A stretch of DNA of 64,000 nucleotides from Nitrosarchaeum sp. (GCA_965223865.1 OZ245020.1:1280001-1344000); one strand, 5' to 3'. Numbered from the stretch's first letter, positions 29,455-39,209 are shown. Translations and numbers: made by a program. The notes: generated from the letters alone by a model not told the origin.

Positions 29455-30075
29455 TTGATCGATGAAAAGGATAGTCTTTTCTATTATGATAATAAACAAG
29501 TAAGAATGGAATTTGATCCAATTGATCATTTGATTTGTAGTTTAACAAATAAAAGAAAAACAAGTCTACAAGAGATTATCAAAACGGCAAATGAAAATCC
29601 TGATATGATAATTAACTTGATAAATTACGGAATTTCAAAAAACATTCTAACTGAAATCAGAGAAAATTCTGACACATTTTACACATTAACTCAATATGGA
29701 GAAGAACAACTAAAAATAATGAGTTCCAAAATAATAGACGGTTGGAACACCATTATAAAAGCCGTACAATCAAAGGACATAGATACTTTTGTAAAAATGG
29801 TAAAAGAAAATGAAAATTGGATTAAATATTTACGATATACAAAAATGATTCCTACAGAAGATGCTGATTTTGTTCTTAATTCTTATAAAGAAATCATAAA
29901 ATCCAGACAAAAGAAAAAGACAAGTTCTGATGTATCTCGATTACAAACTGATGCAGAAATAGAAAGAACAAGAGTGCTTACAGAGCAACAATGGAAGTTT
30001 GATGATCAAAATTATGAAATTACTAGAGAATACAACGAATATGTTGATACAAATTATTACGATAACAACTACTAA
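29455..30075 (+). CDS. hypothetical protein with N-terminal winged-helix-like region
   Basis: Long ORF with a YTLTQYG wing motif. The start may be ATG 29506. Confidence 0.7.
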   Translation: MIDEKDSLFYYDNKQVRMEFDPIDHLICSLTNKRKTSLQEIIKTANENPDMIINLINYGISKNILTEIRENSDTFYTLTQYGEEQLKIMSSKIIDGWNTIIKAVQSKDIDTFVKMVKENENWIKYLRYTKMIPTEDADFVLNSYKEIIKSRQKKKTSSDVSRLQTDAEIERTRVLTEQQWKFDDQNYEITREYNEYVDTNYYDNNY

Positions 30076-30228
30076 TTCCATTTTTAGGCTTAGATTCAAA
30101 ATATTTTCTGAATGAGTCGAAGTTTTATTGTAAAAGTACTATTACGATAATAGTTTTTTATTTTGGTGCCTAGTTGTCTAAGAAATTCTACGTATTCCTT
30201 TTTAGTCAAAAATGTCCTAAAATACAAT

Positions 30229-30290
30229 CAAGAAGCAGGACGATCTCTTGTTCGGCCCACTAGTCAAACATCATGTGAACCTGCTTCTTG
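30229..30290 (-). ncRNA. candidate K-turn-containing hairpin sRNA
   Basis: Perfect 11-bp terminal stem CAAGAAGCAGG/CCTGCTTCTTG. The minus strand shows TGA-stem-loop-stem-AGA-GA-T K-turn geometry. Confidence 0.4.
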
Positions 30291-30514
30291 GTAATGTTGA
30301 ACTCTTTTTAGTAATATTCTAAAAAGATTTCTCTACTTTTGTTCATCTTGATTTTTTCCTGAAAAAAATAACAACACTGCCTAATAATTGCCACTCAAAG
30401 AAGTAAAAATCATAACATCATGCTTTCATAAATTGAGTTTTACTTGCTTTAGCAATTCCAAAAATATCTGAATTCTGCAATGCTCTTTAATACTAGTATG
30501 TATTATCAATATTA

Positions 30515-30646
30515 ATGCAAGTAGTACATACTAAATTAAATCAAAATAAAGTAATTCCATTGTCTTGTGGATGTACTATAGATGATAAAACTGCTGAACT
30601 TAGAAAAATGTGTAAGCAGCACGAGGAAGCTTATTTTATGAGCTAA
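30515..30646 (+). CDS. 43-aa Cys/His microprotein (not in ORF track)
   Basis: MQVVHTKLNQNKVIPLSCGCTIDDKTAELRKMCKQHEEAYFMS has CGC and CxxH. A TTTAATA box lies about 25 nt upstream and a T-rich tract follows. Confidence 0.6.
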   Translation: MQVVHTKLNQNKVIPLSCGCTIDDKTAELRKMCKQHEEAYFMS

Positions 30647-30788
30647 AAAATAACTCCTCATTTTTTATAATAACACATGTCAATTTTATTTTCATATTGT
30701 TCCTATTAAGAGATTGATTGAGCTATTTCGGGCTCTTTTTGGCTTATCATTTTTGATAACCCCCGCATGTAATTTTGTGCAAAGGTAG

Positions 30789-31784
30789 TTACTGGTTGAG
30801 ATGATACCACACACATCCTAAAACTTCACAGTCATGGCAGTCTTTTGCAAGTTCCCATTGAGGCGCATCCCATATCTCACTTACACTTTTTTCTAGTAGA
30901 TTATACGAGTTTTTTGGATCAGTATACTTCCAGCAAGGCACCATTACAGTTCCATTAGCATTAACAAAGATGCTTTTCCATACTCCACATTCATCAAAAA
31001 CTCCTCTCCCATGCTCTAATATTTGCTCAAAGTATTGTGGAGGCAACATTATCTGTGGATACTTTTTTTCCTTAATGTGCTCTAAGACACTTTGGCAAAT
31101 TTTTTCAATTGTTTTTCTATCAGGTAATAATGAATAATCTACATCAGACCTATCCTCTACAAAGGTAAGTGATACAGAATTTACTCCCAATTTTCTTGCC
31201 TTTTCAAAATAAGTTCCATCAATGAATTCATCAGTATTAAATTTGGTAATTACACTGTTAAAATAATGGGGAATTTTGTGCTCATTTAACAGCATTAAAT
31301 TATCCATGACTTTGTTGTATGTTTCAGAATTTACTCCTCTAACTTGACAGTATGACTTTTCATGAACTGAATCAATACTGCATGTAATGAATTGAATGTA
31401 TTGTTTTAGTTCATCAAGGTCAAGTGTGTGTAATAATGAGCAATTTGTAATCATTGTAATTGGAATTTTCAAGCTGTATAGATGGCGAACCAATTCCATA
31501 AAATCGGGTCGACTTGTAGGTTCTCCACCTTCTACTATACTCCAAATACAATAAGGTGATACCTTTTCAAAAATTTGTTTCCATTGCTGTGTTGTTAGAT
31601 CATTTTTTTGTGCAAATTTTATTTGTGCCTCTTTGTCAGGATCTCCAAAAGGACACATTGGGCAATAGTAATTGCAGTAATTAGTAAGGCTAAAAACCCC
31701 AATTAGTGGACGGCGTTTTCCAATCATGCGATTTGCAGACCACCTTCCAACTTTGTTTATAGTTTTGATGATGTCTACTGGCAC
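30789..31784 (-). CDS. radical SAM / SPASM-domain protein
   Basis: CNYYCPMC, GGEPT, and C-terminal Cys cluster ECG..PC..CHDCEVLGC. A possible -1 frameshift near 30805 would extend it to 30706. Confidence 0.92.
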   Translation of the reverse strand: MPVDIIKTINKVGRWSANRMIGKRRPLIGVFSLTNYCNYYCPMCPFGDPDKEAQIKFAQKNDLTTQQWKQIFEKVSPYCIWSIVEGGEPTSRPDFMELVRHLYSLKIPITMITNCSLLHTLDLDELKQYIQFITCSIDSVHEKSYCQVRGVNSETYNKVMDNLMLLNEHKIPHYFNSVITKFNTDEFIDGTYFEKARKLGVNSVSLTFVEDRSDVDYSLLPDRKTIEKICQSVLEHIKEKKYPQIMLPPQYFEQILEHGRGVFDECGVWKSIFVNANGTVMVPCWKYTDPKNSYNLLEKSVSEIWDAPQWELAKDCHDCEVLGCVWYHLNQ

Positions 31785-31845
31785 AAGTTTACGTATAAAT
31801 TCGGCTTTTTAACATTTACAGAAAGACTCTTTTTTAAAAATTAGG

Positions 31846-32193
31846 TTACTTTTTTTCTTCATCTAAATGATTTTTCAGAGTAATTAATGAACGCAAAATT
31901 AAACCCGAAATTCCTAAATTTGATATTAGAAATTTGACCGTTCTGTTAAGTGCATTCTTCCCACGAAATCCTTCATCATATACCATTTCAACTGAACCCT
32001 TGTCAGTTTCAACATATGATGTAATCAAAGAATATGGGCCTAGTTTCTCATCTGTTTTTTCAATATATTGACGTAATTCTATCTTATTTACAGAAAAACC
32101 GTCTTGCACAAAATCGCCTGACTTGAATACCACTTCTACCTCTTTTGGTTTTTGACTTATTCTTTTTGGATCAGGTACATCAATTATTTTCAT
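31846..32193 (-). CDS. conserved hypothetical protein
   Basis: Coding-like ORF. The likely start is MKIIDV, just after the rhodanese stop. Confidence 0.75.
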   Translation of the reverse strand: MKIIDVPDPKRISQKPKEVEVVFKSGDFVQDGFSVNKIELRQYIEKTDEKLGPYSLITSYVETDKGSVEMVYDEGFRGKNALNRTVKFLISNLGISGLILRSLITLKNHLDEEKK

Positions 32194-32194
32194 A

Positions 32195-32542
32195 CTATGG
32201 ATAGCCAGTTCCGACATAAGATATGTTTGTGCAGTAAAAACCCTGAGTCCATCTCTTTATACCGCCAATTAGAAAAAAAGCCTCAATATTGTGATTGCGA
32301 AGCATAATTACTATCTTTTTTGATTGCTCCTCGCTGTAACTAACCAAGACTGGCTTTGAGTTTTGAGGTACATCTAATAATTTTTCTTCATCATACTTTA
32401 CAAGTATTGATTTTTTAATGTGTCCCTTTGCAAAATCTTCTTTTTTTCTCAAATCACATATCACCAATGATGAATCAGTTTTTACCATGTCTGATAACTG
32501 AAACTCTGTTAATCCAAATGAATCTTCATTCGACATTACCAA
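32195..32542 (-). CDS. rhodanese-like domain protein lacking the catalytic Cys
   Basis: CDLR..EDFAKGHIKKS and LIGGIKRW motifs. The active-site position reads VLVSYS. Confidence 0.8.
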   Translation of the reverse strand: MVMSNEDSFGLTEFQLSDMVKTDSSLVICDLRKKEDFAKGHIKKSILVKYDEEKLLDVPQNSKPVLVSYSEEQSKKIVIMLRNHNIEAFFLIGGIKRWTQGFYCTNISYVGTGYP

Positions 32543-32613
32543 TCAAGTTAAAACAGGTTAGAGTGTAAAGTTTAGTCGGAAGTATTAATTACAGTTATTT
32601 TTTATTTTGAAAA

Positions 32614-33702
32614 GTGGATCCACACAAATTTCATGGCAAAGATATTCCTCATATAAAATTAGATCCAAAAATGACAATAGAACAGCTTGTAGATGTTTTT
32701 GCAAGTTCGGGATTTAATGGCAGAAAGTTAGGAGAGGCTGCAAAACTTTATGCAAAAATGATTGAAGAAAATACCACTATTTGTCTTACTGTTTCAGGAG
32801 CTATGACTCCTGTAGGATTTGGTGGTATAATTAAAACACTAATTGAAAGGGGGTTTGTGGATTGGATAGTAACAACTGGAGCAAATGTCTATCATGAGGA
32901 CCATTTTGCATGGGGTCTGCCAGTAAAACAAGGACATTTTGATGTAGATGATATGAAACTATATGAAAATGAAATCGTCCGAATAAGAGATGTTTACATC
33001 AAATTTTATGAAACTTTGGAAGCCGAAGATCAAATTATTCAAAAAATGTTTTCAAAAGATTTTACAGATAAACCATTTACTACTGCAGAGTTTTGTAATC
33101 TAATGGGAAAGATTAGCAAAGAAAAATCAAAGTTTCCTGAAAAAAGTTTCATTACAGCTGCATATGAGTATGATGTCCCAGTATACATCTCTACAATGAA
33201 AGATTCATCCCTTGCTCTAAACCTTGCCGTTCAAAGATTACAAGACAAAATTTACAGTCTGGATTTTGTAAGAGAAATTATAGAGCAAGCCTCAATTCTT
33301 TATAATTCAAAAAAATCAGGCATAATTGAGCTTGGTGGTGGTGTTCCAAAAAACACAGCTCAGCAAACCGGACCTCTCTTAGATCAAATTCTTCGAAGAA
33401 ATGACGGGGGACAAGACTATGTTATACAGATTACAGATGCTAGACCTGATACAGGCGGACTTTCTGGCGCAACCTTACAAGAAGGAAAAAGCTGGGGCAA
33501 AGTACAAGATGCCCATCATGGAATGATTACAGTTTATGCTGATGCTACAATTGCATTTCCAATTTTGGCATTGTATGTACTTAGTAATCAAAAATCAAGA
33601 AAACCAAAAAGACTATACAAAAAATTAAACAAGTTCTATGAAAAATTAAGTCAGGATTATTTCAAAACACCAGGAATTACAAGAAACAAGAAAAAGAATT
33701 AA
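32614..33702 (+). CDS. deoxyhypusine synthase
   Basis: SGAM, TTGAN, GGGVPKN and DTGGLSGATLQEGKSWGK motifs. Confidence 0.93.
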   Translation: MDPHKFHGKDIPHIKLDPKMTIEQLVDVFASSGFNGRKLGEAAKLYAKMIEENTTICLTVSGAMTPVGFGGIIKTLIERGFVDWIVTTGANVYHEDHFAWGLPVKQGHFDVDDMKLYENEIVRIRDVYIKFYETLEAEDQIIQKMFSKDFTDKPFTTAEFCNLMGKISKEKSKFPEKSFITAAYEYDVPVYISTMKDSSLALNLAVQRLQDKIYSLDFVREIIEQASILYNSKKSGIIELGGGVPKNTAQQTGPLLDQILRRNDGGQDYVIQITDARPDTGGLSGATLQEGKSWGKVQDAHHGMITVYADATIAFPILALYVLSNQKSRKPKRLYKKLNKFYEKLSQDYFKTPGITRNKKKN

Positions 33703-33911
33703 AATTTATCATATCTGGCACGTTCTAATTCTCTGTCATCTTTGGATTCTTTTTTCCATTCTTTGTAGTGCTCTTTACATAGAACTGTCTTTTTACCTGC
33801 GGAGTTTACTTTAAGTCCTGCATTTTCAACTTTGGTTGTATTTAGAGAACGGGCTCCGTCATTTTCACAACCTTCAACATTGCATTTTGCGCCTTTAGAA
33901 ACTACACCCAT
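33699..33911 (-). CDS. conserved small zinc-binding archaeal protein
   Basis: CNVEGC...LCKEHYKEWKK motif. Confidence 0.8.
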   Translation of the reverse strand: MGVVSKGAKCNVEGCENDGARSLNTTKVENAGLKVNSAGKKTVLCKEHYKEWKKESKDDRELERARYDKF

Positions 33912-34030
33912 GATATTGTGTAACTAAGATGTTATTTATATTTGAAAAATACTAGTTTGTCTTACTGTTATGTATTTTTTATATTAGATATTGTACATCG
34001 TTTATAAGAGGAATATTTTTTTCAAAAAAT

Positions 34031-34342
34031 ATGGGTGGAGCAAAAAAAGTCAGTCCTGCAAAACAGGAAAAATCTCAAAGTTCCAAGGATTCAAAGAAAG
34101 GCAAAAAAGACAAGGGAGAAGGCGGACCAGCAAAAGCAGAGATTACTGTAATTGTTGATGAACAACAAGCAATGAAAATCATCCAAAATTCCAAAGTAGT
34201 TACAGTCCAAGATTTGGCAAGACAAACAGGAGTTAAAATTTCGGCAGCAAATGCATTCCTAAGAGATTCTGTTAAGAAAGGAACAGCAAAATGTGTTGGC
34301 GGATATAGTGGTCATTACATCTATCAGGCAACTTCTTCATAA
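34031..34342 (+). CDS. rps25e: 30S ribosomal protein S25e
   Basis: Lys-rich N-terminus MGGAKK and winged helix VVTVQDLA....KISAANAFLR. Confidence 0.8.
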   Translation: MGGAKKVSPAKQEKSQSSKDSKKGKKDKGEGGPAKAEITVIVDEQQAMKIIQNSKVVTVQDLARQTGVKISAANAFLRDSVKKGTAKCVGGYSGHYIYQATSS

Positions 34343-34710
34343 AGACAAAATACATCTCCTGAACTTACATCATTTATTGCATCAAAGTTTTCACCTAGTT
34401 TTCCAATGGGAGTCATTGATTTTCCAGGTTCGGCATCAGCAAGAAAAAAACAAATGCTGCCAGAAGATGGTAAAAATGCTACATCTCCTTTTTTGAACTC
34501 GTTTTTAGATCTTTCAATTCCTGAATCTACGCCAGTTTCAAAATATACAATACTTTTTCCTAACCTATATGCATGCCCTTCTAAAGGCAATGATCTCATT
34601 ATGGTACCTACCGTTCTTGGAGATAGATGACGTTTTAGATCACACTGAATCTTTACCTTACCTTTGATTTCTAAAACCAACTGCTTTTTAGAGACTGAAG
34701 AAGAACTCAA
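34324..34710 (-). CDS. cyclophilin-like fold protein (DUF369-like)
   Basis: LSPRTV..I.RSLPLEG, FKKGDVAF.P.SGSICFF and MTPIGK motifs. Confidence 0.8.
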   Translation of the reverse strand: MSSSSVSKKQLVLEIKGKVKIQCDLKRHLSPRTVGTIMRSLPLEGHAYRLGKSIVYFETGVDSGIERSKNEFKKGDVAFLPSSGSICFFLADAEPGKSMTPIGKLGENFDAINDVSSGDVFCLYEEVA

Positions 34711-34763
34711 TTCGTACTTTAAAAATATTGGATTATATAACGCTTTGAAAGCCAAATGATTAC

Positions 34764-35249
34764 TTGTCTGATGCCACTGAAACTGAACTAGTAGAACCTA
34801 TAGAAGAAGAAACTCTAGTTGAACCGGAGGAAAATGCAGGATTAAACAAGGCTCTTGATACTTATCGAAAATTAATTGAGAAAAATGAAGGTAAGGAACC
34901 CCTAACTGAAAAAGAACAAGAAGCATTAGAAAAACGAATTAAAGAAATTGAACAAAGAGAAGTAGTTGAAACAGTTGCAGATCATGAACCTGAAGAGATT
35001 CCCTGTGAGAAAGGAAAAATCACAGTTGGACCACCAACATTGACTAGATTTGAAAAAGCAAGAATTATGGGTGCTAGAGCATTGCAATTATCCCAAGGTG
35101 CACCACCATTTATCCCAATTCCAAAAACTGCTAGAATTTCACTTGATATTGCAATGGAAGAGCTTGAACAAAGAGTAATCCCAATTACAATTAGAAGAGT
35201 AATGCCAAATGGAGATTACCAAAACATTCCAATTGATTATTTTGACTAG
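34764..35249 (+). CDS. rpoK: DNA-directed RNA polymerase subunit K (Rpo6) with acidic N-terminal extension
   Basis: LTRFEKARIMGARALQLSQGAP and IPITIRR motifs. Confidence 0.95.
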   Translation: MSDATETELVEPIEEETLVEPEENAGLNKALDTYRKLIEKNEGKEPLTEKEQEALEKRIKEIEQREVVETVADHEPEEIPCEKGKITVGPPTLTRFEKARIMGARALQLSQGAPPFIPIPKTARISLDIAMEELEQRVIPITIRRVMPNGDYQNIPIDYFD

Positions 35250-35309
35250 GTTTTGTGGACCAATCGTCGATAAAACTTAAAAGAAAAAGAATTTGCTGGT
35301 TGTTGAATA

Positions 35310-35621
35310 ATGCTCATGGAAGAGATAAAGGAAGAAAATGATCAAGAGCAGATCAAAAAATCTGATGATGTAATTTACATTAGAAATGATCCTGTAATGC
35401 AATCAGCTGTAGATGTTTTGTCATTATTAGGAAGTAAAAAACAAATTATTTTACGTGCAAAAGGAAATTCAATTCCTAATGCTGTTGCAGTAGCTAATAT
35501 TATCACTGAAAAAATGCTAAAGGGTAACTCTAAAGTTGAAGATATAAAATTAGACACAGAATCTGCTCCTGGAATAGGTAGAATGCTCTCTACAGTTGAA
35601 ATTATAATAAATAAAATCTAG
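35310..35621 (+). CDS. Alba family DNA/RNA-binding protein
   Basis: IILRAKGNSIPNAVAVA and R.LSTVEI Alba motifs. Confidence 0.85.
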   Translation: MLMEEIKEENDQEQIKKSDDVIYIRNDPVMQSAVDVLSLLGSKKQIILRAKGNSIPNAVAVANIITEKMLKGNSKVEDIKLDTESAPGIGRMLSTVEIIINKI

Positions 35622-36034
35622 TAAACGCTTCCAGGTCCCTTTAGAAGCATGTTTTCGCATTCTTTGCAGACTTTTTCATCAATGTCTGATTCTAAATTAT
35701 GATGAATCTCGCAAATGAGTAAACTAGATTTAATATAATTACAAAGACCAATAAATTTTGAAAGACTAGATGGAGTATATGCCATATCTGATGATAGATT
35801 GTCGCTTAGATCATCAATCATTGTTGCAACTTGTTTTTCAGCCAAAAGTTTTGCAATGAGAGAGGGGTCACCACGAGTACCTCTAATGTAATTGCTAACT
35901 GCTGCTTGGGTTACTCCTAGCATCTTTGAGATTTCATCTTCACGTATATTGTGATCTTCAGCTAATTTTTTTGCCAAAATTGCTCTTAGTGCAGGAATAA
36001 GAGTTTTTGATTCAATCTCAGCTGGTAGTAGCAA
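35618..36034 (-). CDS. HTH transcriptional regulator (archaeal, C-terminal Cys/His)
   Basis: IPALRA, ISKMLGVTQAAVSNYIRGTRG and ICEIH...CKEC motifs. Confidence 0.85.
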   Translation of the reverse strand: MLLPAEIESKTLIPALRAILAKKLAEDHNIREDEISKMLGVTQAAVSNYIRGTRGDPSLIAKLLAEKQVATMIDDLSDNLSSDMAYTPSSLSKFIGLCNYIKSSLLICEIHHNLESDIDEKVCKECENMLLKGPGSVY

Positions 36035-36144
36035 TAATTCACAAGAATCCTATAAGGGATTTAAAGTTTGCAAAATTAAATCATCTGTTTTACAAGTCTG
36101 CCTAAAATAGGCTAACCTATTTTAGATTCAACTACAATGCCGAA

Positions 36145-37089
36145 TTGTTGGACGAAATTTTCAAAAATTTATACAATTTACTAAAAAATTCATGTATCTC
36201 CTGTAGTTCAGACATACTTGCACTGTCTGGAGGATTAGATAGTACAATTGTTGCCTATTTTTTAAAAGAAAGAAAACCAAAAGGTATTGCAATCATTGCA
36301 CAAGACTTTGTTTCAAATGATCTCACATATTGTCAAATGGTATCAAAGCAATTTGCAATCCCATTAACAATCCAAAATACAAAAACTGCAGATATTTTAA
36401 ATGCAATTGAAGAAACCATAAAGATTCTCAAAAACTTTAACGATATTGAAATTCGAAACAACGTAGTAATGTATCTGGCAATAAATTGGGTAAAAGACCA
36501 AGGAAAAAAAGGTATAATCACAGGAGATGGTGCAGACGAACTGTTTGCAGGATATAGTTTTTTGATAAACAAACCTCCAGAAGAATTAGATAAAGAAATC
36601 AGTAGAATCTGTTCTGTAATGCATTTTCCTACACAAAAGATAGGTGATGCTTTAGGAATTAAGGTGGAATCTCCTTTTTTAGATGAAAAAATAATTGATT
36701 TTGCGAAGAAACTTCCTTCAGAACTTAAAGTGAAAAATGAAGGTGAAAAACGCCATGGAAAATGGATTTTACGTAAAACATTTGAGAAGAAAATCCCTAC
36801 TCCGATTGCCTGGAGAGAAAAATCTCCAATGCAAGATGGTTCAGGAACATCAGGGCTTACAAATCTGTTTGAATCGATAATTGAGAATGATAAATTTGAA
36901 GAACAAAAAAAGAAGATCAAGCAATCTGATGGTGTTGTAATTAGAAGCAAGGAATCAATGTATTATTATAATATTTTTAGAAAGTTTTATGACAATCCTT
37001 CTAGTGATGCAGAAAGAGTCTGCCCGAATTGTAATTATAACGTAGAGAATTCAAAATTTTGTAGAATGTGTGGTTCTTTTCCAATCTAG
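36145..37089 (+). CDS. asparagine synthase C-terminal (PP-loop) domain protein with C-terminal zinc ribbon
   Basis: LSGGLDS, TGDGADELFAGY, PFLD and KWILR motifs, plus CPNC..CRMCG. Confidence 0.9.
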   Translation: MLDEIFKNLYNLLKNSCISCSSDILALSGGLDSTIVAYFLKERKPKGIAIIAQDFVSNDLTYCQMVSKQFAIPLTIQNTKTADILNAIEETIKILKNFNDIEIRNNVVMYLAINWVKDQGKKGIITGDGADELFAGYSFLINKPPEELDKEISRICSVMHFPTQKIGDALGIKVESPFLDEKIIDFAKKLPSELKVKNEGEKRHGKWILRKTFEKKIPTPIAWREKSPMQDGSGTSGLTNLFESIIENDKFEEQKKKIKQSDGVVIRSKESMYYYNIFRKFYDNPSSDAERVCPNCNYNVENSKFCRMCGSFPI

Positions 37090-37229
37090 TTATTTTTGTA
37101 TTTACGTGGTTTTTTGATGAAAATCCGTCTGCAGCCATTACAACAAAAATAAAATTTCTTTCCATCATGTTCATGTTCAAGGGCTAACTCTTTTTCAAGT
37201 TCAATTCCACAAACTGGATCTACTGGCAC
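37086..37229 (-). CDS. YHS/TRASH-domain small protein (not in ORF track)
   Basis: MPVDPVCGIELEKELALEHEHDGKKFYFCCNGCRRIFIKKPRKYKNN carries the DPVCG...YFC...C...F..P..Y signature. Confidence 0.88.
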   Translation of the reverse strand: MPVDPVCGIELEKELALEHEHDGKKFYFCCNGCRRIFIKKPRKYKNN

Positions 37230-37373
37230 GAATTTTTCACTAAATGTTTCTATTTATAGATTCACTAAATTTTTTTTGTTAGCATTTTCGGATTTTTTTC
37301 TTGATATGGTTTATTTTGAAATTATTTTTTCATAAATTTAATATCAAAATATTCTCACTATCATTAATCCCAG

Positions 37374-37739
37374 TTAAGATTTGGCAATAATTTCAAGAAC
37401 TTTTTTTGGCAAAACTCCATAGTCTGCATCAGGCTCCGCAACTACATACAAAATATCTTCATTGAGAACAAAACTGATAGCCAAGGCTTTTTGCCTTGAT
37501 GCTAGTGCAAAACTAACAGGACCAAGCTGTTTATCAAACTCTTTTCTCATTTTTACTCTTAATGCGAGCTCCATGAAGATCATCTCATCATCTTTTTTGC
37601 TTTCAAGTGCCTCCACATTATCTTTCATTCCTCCTGCAACTAATCTGCCTCGTTCATTAATTACTCCTGCAAATCTTATCTTCTTATCAAGTGATTTTAT
37701 AGCCTCACAAATTTTCCCATAATCATAAATCTTTGACAA
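37374..37739 (-). CDS. thaumarchaeal roadblock-like protein (DUF6659-like)
   Basis: KIRFAGVINERGRLVAGG...MRKEFDKQLGPV motif. Confidence 0.85.
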   Translation of the reverse strand: MSKIYDYGKICEAIKSLDKKIRFAGVINERGRLVAGGMKDNVEALESKKDDEMIFMELALRVKMRKEFDKQLGPVSFALASRQKALAISFVLNEDILYVVAEPDADYGVLPKKVLEIIAKS

Positions 37740-37817
37740 ATTTCTCGATGTCTATCAAGGCATCCCATTTATTAGCTTTAAAAAATTCAAAACCTTCATG
37801 ATTTTATAATAAATCAA

Positions 37818-38918
37818 TTATGATGTCAATTTTTTAACTAGAGCCAAAAATTCATCTTCTGCAATTGGAGGGATTTTCATAATTTCCATGTTTTCTAATA
37901 CATGCTCGAAGGTTTTTTGACCAATCAAAGGTGCCAAGACTCCTGGAGAGGAACGAATAAACTGTAATGCTCGAAGTGATGGTTTTAATTCATTAAATTC
38001 TGGCATTACTCCAGGATTTAGTAACCTACCTTGCATTAAAGGAACACTAGTAAACACTCCAATTCCAAGTCGTACTGCTGATTCTAAAAATGAGGTGGCT
38101 TTACCATTAAATATTTGGTTTTTTGTTAGCAAGGCTTGATCATAATACATATTGTATGGCAGTTGAATAAATCTGAAACCATGTTTTTCTCCACCTGCTT
38201 TTTCTGCCATTTTAACAGTTTCTTGTAGTGACAAATATTGTGGATTCTCAGGTGGCACTCTAAAGCATTCCCATGTTGCCATTCCATAATATTTGATTTT
38301 GCCCTCAATTCGTTTTTGTTCAAATAACTCAAATACGGACTGGAGGTTTTCTAAGAATTTTTCTTTTGGAACATCTTTGATTTGCCCTTCAACTGCGTTA
38401 TGCAAATACATCAAATCAATGCAATCAAGACCTAAATTTTTCAAACTACGTTCTAATTGATCATTAAGATAAGTTGTAGTCATACAATGATACCCCGAGG
38501 TAATGTCTCCTTCTTTTATGATACCTTTTGATGAATATTCATTTTTTACATATTCCCAAAAGTCTTGTTTAATGTCAGCATCATTAGTAACGTAACCATT
38601 TTTTGTACTGACAAAAATTTGATCACGAGTAATTTTTCTTTCTTGAATTAATTCATGTATTGCAGTTCCTACTGATCGTTCAGCTTTTTGTGCTCTATAG
38701 TTAATGGCGGTATCAATTACATTGATTCCAGATTCAACTGACTGCTTTATTGCGTTTTTTACAAGTTCATCTGTTCTGTCATCTGCATCTCCTAGATATG
38801 TGCCAACACCTACATTTGATAAAGTAAGATTTTCGAATTTTTTAAAATTAAATGACAGTGCTTTAGAATTTTCTGCAAATTTTTGAGTACCTTCAGATGT
38901 GGCAAACCCCGAAATCAT
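37818..38918 (-). CDS. aldo/keto reductase
   Basis: GVGTY, IDTAINY, STKNG, SLKNLGLDCIDLMYLHN and QLPYN motifs. Confidence 0.92.
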   Translation of the reverse strand: MISGFATSEGTQKFAENSKALSFNFKKFENLTLSNVGVGTYLGDADDRTDELVKNAIKQSVESGINVIDTAINYRAQKAERSVGTAIHELIQERKITRDQIFVSTKNGYVTNDADIKQDFWEYVKNEYSSKGIIKEGDITSGYHCMTTTYLNDQLERSLKNLGLDCIDLMYLHNAVEGQIKDVPKEKFLENLQSVFELFEQKRIEGKIKYYGMATWECFRVPPENPQYLSLQETVKMAEKAGGEKHGFRFIQLPYNMYYDQALLTKNQIFNGKATSFLESAVRLGIGVFTSVPLMQGRLLNPGVMPEFNELKPSLRALQFIRSSPGVLAPLIGQKTFEHVLENMEIMKIPPIAEDEFLALVKKLTS

Positions 38919-39209
38919 GAACTGTCTTTGAAAATACTACATTTATTTTAAGATCTATGCTCGTACGAGATCAATTCATACAACCTGAAATGTAATAATT
39001 ACACACAAAGAAAAGAGATTTCGTGACTGATTATGTGCATCAATCATTCAATTAGATTTACTAGAATCCTCATCACAAGTATCCCTTGGAGGGGGAGTGT
39101 CTAGAAAGAAAGGTATCTGATCTCCACCTTTTTTTCTATTAAGAAATATGATAAGGAAATGAAATTCAATTATTCAAGATGTGGCATACTAATTCAATAG
39201 TTGATGTAT

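Noticed and set aside
36333-36950. 205-aa minus-strand ORF
   Set aside because: It is antisense to the asparagine synthase-like gene, with a Phe/Ser/Ile bias typical of shadow frames.
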